Assembly (NCBI GenBank): GCA_016301865.1
Contig: JAEDOP010000001.1
Coordinates: 1 to 45,009 of the forward strand
Source: Alphaproteobacteria bacterium
GTDB lineage: Bacteria; Pseudomonadota; Alphaproteobacteria; Rs-D84
DNA length: 45,009 nt
Direction: 5' to 3'
Each line of letters starts with the position of its first letter. Position 1 is the stretch's first letter. Of this stretch, positions 1-6,912 are shown one piece after another. Made by a program: the position numbers and the translations under genes. Below the pieces are notes generated by a model. That model was given only the letters and a program-made list of their open reading frames with translations. It was not told the origin of the DNA and searched no databases.

Positions 1-1
1 T

Positions 2-346
2 AGTTGCAACAACAACACCTTCGGTAATGGTTGCGGTTCCAACACCTTCGGGAATCAATACGAGAGAAACATCTTCGGAAAAAATTGCTCCTCCAACACC
101 TTCGGTAATATTTGCGGTTCCAACACCTTCGGGGATAATTGCAGCGACAACATCTTCGGTAATAGTTGCAAAAACAACACCTTTGGGCATAATATCCAGT
201 ACAACATCTTCGGTAATAATTGCGACAACAACACCTTCGGTAATAATTGCGATTCCAACACCTTCGGTAATAATTGCGCTTCCAACACCTTCGGTAATAG
301 TTGCAGTTACAATACCATCGGGAATGATTGCAATTACATTAAATTC
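2..346 (+). repeat. 27-nt (9-aa) coding tandem repeat array, 5' window copy
   Basis: Consecutive units of the form aac-acc-ttc-ggt-aat-nnn-tgc-nnn-nnn, in frame with the fibre ORF. Confidence 0.85.
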
Positions 347-613
347 GCATCTTCATCGTCTGCCACAACAAAGTACGACTATTATATACACAACCACTTT
401 GGGGACGGATGCCAATTCATACTTTTCAAAGGTGAGGGGGCGTCATCTCCATCCGCTCAAGTTCAAAACTACAAATTTGCTCAAGGACTGCAAAGAACGT
501 CAAATACATATCTCACAATTGACGGAGTGCGGAGCCGAGCCTATGAGACCAAGGTAGCGAAAAATTCAAGTGGCGAATTGAAGATGTACTGTGAGGTAGA
601 TTTGATACAATAG
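2..613 (+). CDS. Tail fibre / receptor-binding protein, C-terminal part (5'-partial; same repeat gene type as 43621..45009)
   Basis: Frame 2 is open from the window edge to TAG at 611-613. It encodes about 12 tandem 9-aa repeats (N-x-F-G-x-x-C-x-x) followed by a non-repeat C-terminus of about 90 aa. Nt 1-171 are identical to 44700-44870. ORF-track entry 27..557 is a wrong-frame reading of the repeat. Confidence 0.7.
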   Translation, partial: SCNNNTFGNGCGSNTFGNQYERNIFGKNCSSNTFGNICGSNTFGDNCSDNIFGNSCKNNTFGHNIQYNIFGNNCDNNTFGNNCDSNTFGNNCASNTFGNSCSYNTIGNDCNYIKFASSSSATTKYDYYIHNHFGDGCQFILFKGEGASSPSAQVQNYKFAQGLQRTSNTYLTIDGVRSRAYETKVAKNSSGELKMYCEVDLIQ

Positions 614-666
614 TATATCTTCTTCTTTTTGTCTTTTTTGAAAAAACAATTTGTTATATTATAACG

Positions 667-1029
667 ATGATGGAAACAAACATTTGGGTCGAACTTGCAA
701 AATTGGCCGTCGCTTTCCTTGGTGGCGGCGGCCTTTGGGCTTGGATTAAGGCCCGAGAAGATAAGAGAAAAACGCCGTATGATATGTTCCGGGACCTGTT
801 GGCCGAACAAAAAAAGTTTTATGAAGAACGGAACGCGGATTACGAACGGGAAAAGTTGGATTCGGCGGAAAAATCGTCGGTCATTATGCAATCGCATTTT
901 TGCAAATACAAATACACAGACCCAAACGTAGTTTGTCCTATTGATTTGGCAAACGATGAACGTTTGAAAAAGCGTTGCGAACGTATCGGTTATTGCCAAT
1001 TGGCACACGATAAAGAGAATGAACAATGA
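667..1029 (+). CDS. Small membrane protein in the lysis cassette (holin candidate)
   Basis: N-terminal hydrophobic helix WVELAKLAVAFLGGGGLWAWI. The stop overlaps the amidase start (ATGA at 1026-1029). Confidence 0.45.
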   Translation: MMETNIWVELAKLAVAFLGGGGLWAWIKAREDKRKTPYDMFRDLLAEQKKFYEERNADYEREKLDSAEKSSVIMQSHFCKYKYTDPNVVCPIDLANDERLKKRCERIGYCQLAHDKENEQ

Positions 1030-1619
1030 TGAATCAAAAGTTAATACCGATTTTTGACAACGGACACGGCGACAATACGCCGGGCAAACGTTCCCCCCAA
1101 TTCGGAGAGAATTTGCCTATTTTATACGAATGGGAATTTAACCGCGATATTGTCAAGCGTATAGCGGCAATGTGTACGAATGTCCAGATAAAATACCGCG
1201 TGTTAGTCCCGGAAAATAACGATGTATCATTGCAAGCCCGTTGCGAACGTGCAAACCAGATATATAGCGAAACCGGGGGCAAATGTTTTTTATTTAGCAT
1301 ACACGCGAACGCCGGGGGCGGCACAGGTTGGGAGTGTTACACGACAAAGGGCGAAACAAAATCCGACCGAATAGCCGAAATTTTAGCAAACGAATGGCGG
1401 GCAGAGTTTGGCGACCAATGGAGAATCCGGGCGGATTATTCCGACGGGGACGCAGACAAAGAAAGCCAATTTTATATTTTGCAACATACAAAATGCCCGG
1501 CGGTATTGTCCGAAAATTTGTTTATGGATAATTATAAAGATTATCAATTTCTAATGACAGATGCGGGGCGTGAACGGATTGCAAAGGTACATTTTGAAAC
1601 AATACGACTGATTTTATGA
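1026..1619 (+). CDS. N-acetylmuramoyl-L-alanine amidase (Amidase_3-type endolysin)
   Basis: Motifs IFDNGHGDNTPGK, FSIHANAGGGTGWE and SENLFMDN match the zinc amidase_3 pattern. Confidence 0.8.
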   Translation: MMNQKLIPIFDNGHGDNTPGKRSPQFGENLPILYEWEFNRDIVKRIAAMCTNVQIKYRVLVPENNDVSLQARCERANQIYSETGGKCFLFSIHANAGGGTGWECYTTKGETKSDRIAEILANEWRAEFGDQWRIRADYSDGDADKESQFYILQHTKCPAVLSENLFMDNYKDYQFLMTDAGRERIAKVHFETIRLIL

Positions 1620-2221
1620 AAAAATGGGTTTACATTGTCATTGCCGCCGCAATTTTGGCGGTCGTGGCTATTATTTGGGGGCAATCCGCCCGGATAACGC
1701 AATTGAAAGACGAACGCAACAGGTATGAACGCAACACGGAAACGTTGTTGTCGAACGTTGAACATTACCGGGTCCGGGATTCTTTGAATGCCGCACGGGT
1801 GCAATCTCTTGAATTGACCGTACAGGAATACGAACGGTTCCGGGCGGATGATGCGGCGTTGATAAAAGAGTTGAAACAACGCAACCGGGATTTGGCCGCC
1901 GTAAACAAAACCCAATCCCAAACCATCATTGATTTGCGGGCCATTCCACGCGATACCGTGGTTATCCGGGATTCTGTACGAGTTTCATCCGTGGCGGTCC
2001 ATTGCGGGGATGCGTGGTACAATTTCGATGGACTGTTAACCAAAGATGAATTTACGGGAAAGATGGAACACCGGGATTCCCTGTTGTTGGTTGAATCCGT
2101 CCGTTACAAACGGTTCCTTTGGTGGAAAACGAAAAGGATAAAAGACCGCCAATTGGATTGCGTTTCAAAATCGCCGCATAATTCCATAAGGGGATTAGAA
2201 TACGTAGTTATCGAGAAATAA
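1616..2221 (+). CDS. N-terminally membrane-anchored coiled-coil protein, lysis accessory (spanin-like) candidate
   Basis: TM helix WVYIVIAAAILAVVAIIW followed by a charged helical region. The start overlaps the amidase stop. Confidence 0.4.
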   Translation: MKKWVYIVIAAAILAVVAIIWGQSARITQLKDERNRYERNTETLLSNVEHYRVRDSLNAARVQSLELTVQEYERFRADDAALIKELKQRNRDLAAVNKTQSQTIIDLRAIPRDTVVIRDSVRVSSVAVHCGDAWYNFDGLLTKDEFTGKMEHRDSLLLVESVRYKRFLWWKTKRIKDRQLDCVSKSPHNSIRGLEYVVIEK

Positions 2222-2263
2222 ACAGTATATTTGCCTACCTTTATTTTTCTATTTACCATACCA

Positions 2264-2297
2264 ACCGGGTCCCGTTGCGAAATGTGGCCCGGTTTTT
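2264..2297 (+). terminator. Intrinsic terminator candidate after the lysis cassette
   Basis: Stem ACCGGGTC / GGCCCGGT (one G-U pair) followed by TTTT. Confidence 0.5.
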
Positions 2298-2390
2298 CCG
2301 TTTCATCACGGATTTCGCATTTTTAGGCCGTTTTTAGCACGTTTCCCGCTCCGGGTGGTACAAGTTATCGTCCGGACCGTAAAAGTGTCT

Positions 2391-2399
2391 TAAATCGAA
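2391..2399 (+). promoter_or_regulatory. TAAATCGAA box, copy 1 of 3
   Basis: The same 9-mer with similar flanks (..aaaaataac) occurs at 5588-5596 and 13681-13689. All three copies are intergenic. Confidence 0.4.
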
Positions 2400-2454
2400 G
2401 AAACGCAAAAAATAACTTATTTTGGCCCGAACTTGAAAAAATATAGAAAAAACT

Positions 2455-2548
2455 TTTGGAAATTAAAAATAAATGACTACCTTTGTGCCGTGGTTGATAT
2501 GACAACCCGACGGACGCGGCCGGTTCCGCGATTAAAACAATAACAGTT
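2455..2548 (+). promoter_or_regulatory. Promoter plus structured-leader cassette A
   Basis: TTTG at 2455-2458, 19-nt spacer, TAccTTTG at 2478-2485. Hairpin 1 is GGTTG/CAACC (2492-2507). Hairpin 2 is CGCGG-CCGGTT-CCGCG (2515-2530). The ATG is at 2549. Confidence 0.6.
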
Positions 2549-2782
2549 ATGGCAACGTTAAAATACACTACCCGCAAAATTAACCACAATTACAAAATCA
2601 AGGTTTACGGCCTGTACAATGGCAAAAAGGTTAATACGCTTGTTGGCGTTTCCGGGTTCCTTAAAATGGTCAACGATATTGAACTTTGCAACCGTCTTTT
2701 GGACCGGGCATTTGCTTCGATGAATGATAAATGTGTATGCAAATTGCGCCGTGGTTTGAAGATTTCGTTTTACGTTGCTTAA
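2549..2782 (+). CDS. Hypothetical early protein (77 aa)
   Basis: First ORF behind cassette A. No motif recognised. Confidence 0.6.
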   Translation: MATLKYTTRKINHNYKIKVYGLYNGKKVNTLVGVSGFLKMVNDIELCNRLLDRAFASMNDKCVCKLRRGLKISFYVA

Positions 2783-2794
2783 TTTTCCCGAATT

Positions 2795-3010
2795 ATGAAA
2801 GCGATAACCCGTAACGCGATTGGCACGTTTCAAACGATGGCCACAAAGGAAATTAACGGTTTCCGTTTCACGTCTTGGCGTACCCCAGACAATAAGCGTT
2901 TTTTCTTGGCCCCGGCATCCCTCAATTTGAACATCGAAAGATACGGCGTTAATCCCGACCAATACGAAATTTCGTATGTTCTTTTGGGTCAGTTAAATAT
3001 GGTTCGATAA
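2795..3010 (+). CDS. Hypothetical protein (71 aa)
   Basis: ATG ORF in the co-directional array. No motif recognised. Confidence 0.5.
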   Translation: MKAITRNAIGTFQTMATKEINGFRFTSWRTPDNKRFFLAPASLNLNIERYGVNPDQYEISYVLLGQLNMVR

Positions 3011-3089
3011 TACCCGGCGATAACCCTTGTTCCAAATTTTTTCGAAAAGTAACAACGGGCCGGAAAATCGGCCTATTAAAACAACAAAT

Positions 3090-3332
3090 ATGACACGGAC
3101 AAAATTTCAATTATTAGCGATGGGCGCAATGATTATGGCGACGGCAAACGATAAACAGTTATTCGACACGGGGACGTCCAAAGTTTACGTCAAGCCCATA
3201 TCCAGAACGGATTTGCCACGTTGGGACGTAAACGGGGCGGTCATTTACGCAACGGATGAAAAGACGGCTACTAAATACGCGAAGAAACGCGGTTTGTGGC
3301 GGCCCGGAACGATTGTTAAACCAATTAAATAA
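3090..3332 (+). CDS. Hypothetical protein (80 aa, hydrophobic N-terminus)
   Basis: The first ATG is chosen within track ORF 3027..3332, which begins at a TTG. The N-terminus LLAMGAMIMATA looks like a signal or TM segment. Confidence 0.5.
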   Translation: MTRTKFQLLAMGAMIMATANDKQLFDTGTSKVYVKPISRTDLPRWDVNGAVIYATDEKTATKYAKKRGLWRPGTIVKPIK

Positions 3333-3338
3333 ACAGAT

Positions 3339-3572
3339 ATGCAAAAGTACAGATTTTCCAACCCGGCATCATCGGTCGTTGAGGTTTCGAAAAGCCCGTT
3401 GGACCGTCCGGAACCGGGCAACCGTTACACGATTTTCGATTGTCTTTGCCGCCCTTTAGGCCGGAAACAAGGGCCGCACAAGAAATACCAAGTAACCGCG
3501 ATAACACCGGCGGCGGCTGCCCGGATAGCGATTGAGAATTACCGAAAGGATTATGGCCAAGAAATCAAGTAA
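3339..3572 (+). CDS. Hypothetical protein (77 aa)
   Basis: ATG ORF in the co-directional array. Confidence 0.5.
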   Translation: MQKYRFSNPASSVVEVSKSPLDRPEPGNRYTIFDCLCRPLGRKQGPHKKYQVTAITPAAAARIAIENYRKDYGQEIK

Positions 3573-3849
3573 AGCGACCCGGGAACAAATGTACCGGGAA
3601 ATATTGGAACAGTCCGGAATCCGGTTTGAGGATTGCAAAGTTTTGGCCTTTGCGTTCAAACAGGAACGGCGGCCCGAACTGTTCCATTTCGGGTTGATGT
3701 TGCACGAACCGCGCCCGGTTTATTACCTGTTCGATTGTTGGGACAAATACGCCAACGTCATTGTCCCGAAAGATGAAAAGAACGCGGCCGTTATCATTGC
3801 CATTGCAGAAAAGGACGGTGGCGAAAAGACAACCCCAAATTTGCGATAA
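3553..3849 (+). CDS. Hypothetical protein (98 aa)
   Basis: ATG at 3553 inside track ORF 3532..3849, whose own start is TTG. Confidence 0.5.
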   Translation: MAKKSSKATREQMYREILEQSGIRFEDCKVLAFAFKQERRPELFHFGLMLHEPRPVYYLFDCWDKYANVIVPKDEKNAAVIIAIAEKDGGEKTTPNLR

Positions 3850-3850
3850 G

Positions 3851-4408
3851 ATGGAAACAAACCAAATCATTGATGAATTAAAGGCCGTGGCGGGATTGGA
3901 ATGGAACCCAGAACAAAAAGCGTTTTACAAACAGAGGGCGGCCGACGCCCGGGTGGTTGAATGTGTGCTGATGCGGGACGTGTTCACGCCGGACCAAATG
4001 GAAATGTTATTTAAGAACATCGGGTACAAAACGCAACAAAAAATGTGTTATAAGAATGCGGCCCAATTGGTTGAATGCGTCGAATGGATGACCGGGCATT
4101 ATGACCCGAACATACCGCCCGTTAAATATGTTGAGGGTTACGCGTATTATAACGGCCTATTGCCAATTGAACACGCATTTGTCAAGATTGGGGACAAATA
4201 CATTGACCCAACGTTTGAACGGGCCTTGCATCGGGACGTTCGCAAAGAAATGTACGTGTCTTGCATCGAATTGGACCCGGAAACGATGGCACGTTACCAA
4301 GTGGAAACCGGCTTTTACGGCGAACTGTACCTGTATGATTATATGTGCAAGAATCAGCCGGAATTGGCCGCACGAATCCGGTCGAGGAATCAGCACAACA
4401 GGCAATAA
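3851..4408 (+). CDS. Transglutaminase-core-like / papain-fold Cys-His-Asp protein candidate
   Basis: ATG at 3851 lies directly after the previous stop. The pattern MCYKNAAQLVE ... IEHAFVKIGDKYIDPT has the spacing of a Cys...His-A-F/W...Asp transglutaminase-like core. Confidence 0.35.
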   Translation: METNQIIDELKAVAGLEWNPEQKAFYKQRAADARVVECVLMRDVFTPDQMEMLFKNIGYKTQQKMCYKNAAQLVECVEWMTGHYDPNIPPVKYVEGYAYYNGLLPIEHAFVKIGDKYIDPTFERALHRDVRKEMYVSCIELDPETMARYQVETGFYGELYLYDYMCKNQPELAARIRSRNQHNRQ

Positions 4409-4484
4409 AAAACCACACCCGGCGAACCGGGTGCGGCGGTCAAAATACCGTGGAGGGCGATACGGGTAAAAAGACACGGCAAAG

Positions 4485-4527
4485 ATAGGGAATTTCGGCG
4501 AAATACGCCAATTCCCTATTTCTTTTT
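4485..4527 (+). terminator. Intrinsic terminator
   Basis: 10-bp stem ATAGGGAATT / AATTCCCTAT with an inner GGCG/CGCC extension, followed by TTCTTTTT. Confidence 0.7.
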
Positions 4528-4640
4528 GATTCTTACGGGCTTTTTCCTGTATTCGACACATTGATATACGGGTTTCGGTCCGGAATCTTACACCCAGATT
4601 CAAGAAAAATGCACTTTTGTAAAAAAATTAAGAAAAATTT

Positions 4641-4738
4641 TTTGGTTTTAAGAAAAAAGCCCTATATTTGTACCCGGGTTCGATAAAGAAACCCACGGCC
4701 CGGGCCGGTTCCCGGTAAAAATCAACACCAAATACGCA
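4641..4738 (+). promoter_or_regulatory. Promoter plus structured-leader cassette B
   Basis: TTTG at 4641-4644, 18-nt spacer, TAtaTTTG at 4663-4670. Hairpin 1 is GGGTT/AACCC (4676-4694). Hairpin 2 is CCGGG-CCGGTT-CCCGG (4700-4715). The ATG is at 4739. Confidence 0.6.
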
Positions 4739-4981
4739 ATGAAAGCAAAGGTTTCAACGCTGATGGACAACGGAAAGGTAATTAACCATCGCGGATTCGT
4801 GGACGCGGCGAAATGGATTGACGAACGCATTAACTTTTTGTTGACCATCTACAAATTCGATGATTACAAAGTGACAGTAACCGGCAATGTATATCGTTTA
4901 GTTGCGTGGCGCAATGCCGGAAAGCCGGGAACAAATGGCAAGGCTATGAGCGTAACCCACGTTATTACCGTTGTTGAATAG
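4739..4981 (+). CDS. Hypothetical early protein (80 aa)
   Basis: First ORF behind cassette B. Confidence 0.6.
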   Translation: MKAKVSTLMDNGKVINHRGFVDAAKWIDERINFLLTIYKFDDYKVTVTGNVYRLVAWRNAGKPGTNGKAMSVTHVITVVE

Positions 4982-4989
4982 TTAAACCC

Positions 4990-5009
4990 GGGGCCGGGCA
5001 TCCGGCCCC
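4990..5009 (+). promoter_or_regulatory. GC-rich intercistronic hairpin, family copy 1
   Basis: GGGGCCGG-GCAT-CCGGCCCC. The context aacccGGGGCCGGgcaWCCGGCCCCacaa is almost identical at 15353-15372. Confidence 0.55.
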
Positions 5010-5025
5010 ACAATCCAAACCGAAT

Positions 5026-5394
5026 ATGTCCACAAATTATTACAACGAACAGAAACGCCGCAATGGCCGCGTAAACGAAATAAGGTTGAACGGCCGCACG
5101 GCATACATTGCCAATTACCAAGATGAAAACGGCGTATGTTGTTCCAAAATCCGGGAAACAATGGACGCGGCAAACCGGGATATGGAAGAACACGGATACC
5201 ACAAAAAAGGAATCATTGACGAATCCGGATGCGCCCGATACACAATGACCAAACAACAGTTGCAAGACCTGTACAGGGTGTTCGAAAACTTTGTGGCCGA
5301 TTGTACCCAACAGGAATACAACGAAAACAAACAGGCCATAACGGCGGTATATACGCTAATACATAAACACATCAACAACGAAATTTGCAAGTAA
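5026..5394 (+). CDS. Hypothetical protein (122 aa)
   Basis: ATG ORF in the co-directional array. Confidence 0.6.
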   Translation: MSTNYYNEQKRRNGRVNEIRLNGRTAYIANYQDENGVCCSKIRETMDAANRDMEEHGYHKKGIIDESGCARYTMTKQQLQDLYRVFENFVADCTQQEYNENKQAITAVYTLIHKHINNEICK

Positions 5395-5401
5395 CATTGG
5401 C

Positions 5402-5423
5402 CCGGGAATTCCCCGGATTTTTT
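5402..5423 (+). terminator. Intrinsic terminator candidate
   Basis: CCGGG-AATTC-CCCGG followed by ATTTTTTT. Confidence 0.45.
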
Positions 5424-5466
5424 GTATCTTTGTTTCAAATCTGCTCTATTTTATAAAGGATAATGG

Positions 5467-5494
5467 CACGGTTGCGTTGTGAAATGCGGCCGTG
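5467..5494 (+). terminator. Second hairpin / terminator candidate, related to 2264-2297
   Basis: CACGGUUGC / GCGGCCGUG (two G-U pairs) followed by a U-rich tract. The loop shares gttg.gaaatg with the 2264-2297 element. Confidence 0.4.
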
Positions 5495-5513
5495 TTTCCT
5501 TTATGCCCGTATT

Positions 5514-5532
5514 GGCCCATTTCGGGCGATTT
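5514..5532 (+). promoter_or_regulatory. GGCY-ATTT(T)CGGGCGATTT box, copy 1
   Basis: ggcccATTTCGGGCGATTT. Near-identical boxes lie at 26999-27017 (+) and 33902-33920 (-). Confidence 0.5.
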
Positions 5533-5587
5533 GGTGGGCTTTCTCTCGAAAGTGGGCCAACGGACCATCTTTGCGCCAAACGTGCCT

Positions 5588-5596
5588 TAAATCGAA
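5588..5596 (+). promoter_or_regulatory. TAAATCGAA box, copy 2 of 3
   Basis: gccTTAAATCGAAaattcgggaaaattaag; compare 2391 and 13681. Confidence 0.4.
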
Positions 5597-5690
5597 AATT
5601 CGGGAAAATTAAGTTGTCCAAGATTTTTTGACAGCCAAAGACGATTATTTAATGGCCGGAAATAAAACACTAAAAAATTATGAAAATATT

Positions 5691-5786
5691 TTTGGTAATT
5701 AGAAAATAATACCTATCTTTGTATCCGGGTTGAGGAAGCAACCCAACCGACCCGGCGGGTTCCGGGGACAAAAAACGAAAAGAGTT
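5691..5786 (+). promoter_or_regulatory. Promoter plus structured-leader cassette C
   Basis: TTTG at 5691-5694, 19-nt spacer, TAtcTTTG at 5714-5721. Hairpin 1 is GGGTTG/CAACCC (5727-5744). Hairpin 2 is CCCGG-CGGGTT-CCGGG (5751-5766). The ATG is at 5787. Confidence 0.6.
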
Positions 5787-5984
5787 ATGACAACAATTGA
5801 AACTGCCAACCGCACGAAAACAACGTATTTCGTTGAATATATTTGCGACGACATCAACAATACGTATTGGCAATTGGTTCGTTCCCGCGATGCGGCGATA
5901 CTTGCCGCCAACAAAGATTTGAACGATATTTACGCCCATTGCTTCATTTGCGGGATTAACAAACAGGATGTGACGATTTGGTAA
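5787..5984 (+). CDS. Hypothetical early protein (65 aa)
   Basis: ATG at 5787 lies 20 nt after leader hairpin 2. Track ORF 5730..5984 would start inside the leader. Confidence 0.55.
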   Translation: MTTIETANRTKTTYFVEYICDDINNTYWQLVRSRDAAILAANKDLNDIYAHCFICGINKQDVTIW

Positions 5985-5991
5985 ATAACCC

Positions 5992-6011
5992 GGCCCCGCG
6001 CAACCGGGGCC
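5992..6011 (+). promoter_or_regulatory. GC-rich intercistronic hairpin, variant
   Basis: GGCCCCG-CGCAAC-CGGGGCC directly after the stop at 5984. Confidence 0.45.
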
Positions 6012-6025
6012 AATAAGACCCCCGA

Positions 6026-6041
6026 CCGGGCGGATTCCCGG
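6026..6041 (+). promoter_or_regulatory. Promoter-less copy of leader hairpin 2
   Basis: CCGGG-CGGATT-CCCGG, 7 nt upstream of the ATG at 6049. Confidence 0.5.
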
Positions 6042-6048
6042 AACTGTT

Positions 6049-6492
6049 ATGCGATTCAAGATTGACAAAAATTTGAACGTAGTTGCGGCCGAAAAGGTCG
6101 CATCCGTTGAACACGAAACCGTGGCGGTCGAACTTTGCGCCCGTTTCATTGATGCTGGTATGATTGAGGACACGCCCGACAATTGGGGCGAATCTGTATT
6201 GGCGGCAGCCGGAACGCAATACGTTTCCAATGTGTGCGCCGTCTTGGCCGAATACCTGTATGGCGACGAAACCCGTTCCATCCCGGCCGACGTGTTCGAC
6301 GCGTTTTGCGCCCTTACAATCGTGGGCGATGGCGATTGCCCGCATTGCGGCGGCGAATTAAAGTTTATCGAAACAGAGGGCCACGAACTGAAAGATGGCG
6401 ACTATTACACGCCCAATTCATACGAAATTGACAATTACATTTACGAATGCCGTAATTGCGGCGAAACTATTAAAACCGAAAATGAATTATGA
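6049..6492 (+). CDS. Hypothetical protein with C-terminal zinc ribbon
   Basis: CPHCGG ... (40 aa) ... CRNCGE, i.e. two CxxC pairs at the C-terminus. Confidence 0.6.
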   Translation: MRFKIDKNLNVVAAEKVASVEHETVAVELCARFIDAGMIEDTPDNWGESVLAAAGTQYVSNVCAVLAEYLYGDETRSIPADVFDAFCALTIVGDGDCPHCGGELKFIETEGHELKDGDYYTPNSYEIDNYIYECRNCGETIKTENEL

Positions 6493-6719
6493 TGCGAATT
6501 GAACAAGCGATTGCCCGCGCAAAGGAACAGGGCAAAAAGGTATTCAAAAAGGATATTGCGGCCCGTCTTTGGCCGGATTCCACAACGGCCGCCCAACAGG
6601 TAAATATGACGGCGTTGTGTAACGGTGCGACCGCCCGCATTTCCCCGGAATGGGTAAACATAATTTGCGAAATGACCGGATGCACGGCCGATTTCCTGTT
6701 TGGACTATCAAACGAATAA
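6489..6719 (+). CDS. XRE/Cro-like helix-turn-helix transcriptional regulator
   Basis: 76 aa. KKDIAARLWPDSTTAAQQVN...GATARISPEWVNIICEMTGCTADFLFGL fits the HTH_3 pattern including the terminal FLFG. ATGA overlap with the upstream gene. Confidence 0.65.
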   Translation: MMRIEQAIARAKEQGKKVFKKDIAARLWPDSTTAAQQVNMTALCNGATARISPEWVNIICEMTGCTADFLFGLSNE

Positions 6720-6723
6720 GGTT

Positions 6724-6894
6724 ATGAAATACGAAAGTACATTGAATTTGTTTTGGACAATTGTTTGGGGCGTTGTCCTTATCGCGGCAATTGTCGGTAT
6801 CTTCTGGAAAACGGCCGTTTATGCCGTTGCCGTCATTGCGGCGGTTTTCTTTGGTGTGTTTTTACGTGAAGTTATCCGTTTCGCACGGATGTAA
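6724..6894 (+). CDS. Small membrane protein with two TM segments (56 aa)
   Basis: LFWTIVWGVVLIAAIVGIFW and AVYAVAVIAAVFFGVFL. ATG at 6724 is chosen within track ORF 6700..6894. Confidence 0.5.
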   Translation: MKYESTLNLFWTIVWGVVLIAAIVGIFWKTAVYAVAVIAAVFFGVFLREVIRFARM

Positions 6895-6912
6895 TAATAA
6901 AAAGGCGATACG

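Noticed and set aside
1-175. A simple assembler-type terminal overlap that would prove circularity.
   Set aside because: The first 175 nt are not identical to the last 175 nt. Only 121-175 equals 44955-45009, and 1-171 equals an internal segment (44700-44870). Circularity is plausible but not demonstrated.
27-557. ORF-track entries 27..557 (+), 55..288 (-), 44400..44744 (-), 44524..44757 (-) and 44754..45005 (-), which give proline/leucine-rich repetitive 'proteins'.
   Set aside because: They are alternative-frame or antisense readings of the 27-nt fibre repeat. The frame giving N-x-F-G-x-x-C is continuous with the non-repeat N-terminal (43621) and C-terminal (to 613) fibre domains.
2226-2297. 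A TAtaTTTG motif (2226-2233) followed about 30 nt later by the terminator hairpin, considered as a tiny sRNA gene.
   Set aside because: There is no -33 TTTG at the right spacing. The motif lies 5 nt after a stop codon and the hairpin is explained as the lysis-operon terminator. The evidence is too weak.
3027-3089. Upstream extensions of several track ORFs (3027, 3532, 3761, 5730, 6700, 9117, 9415, 10455, 16864, 17890, 21216, 23070, 35173, 35696).
   Set aside because: Several start at non-ATG codons (3027, 3532, 17890, 21216). The extensions run through the preceding gene, a leader hairpin or a promoter. An internal ATG placed right after the upstream stop gives the compact, coupled arrangement seen throughout.
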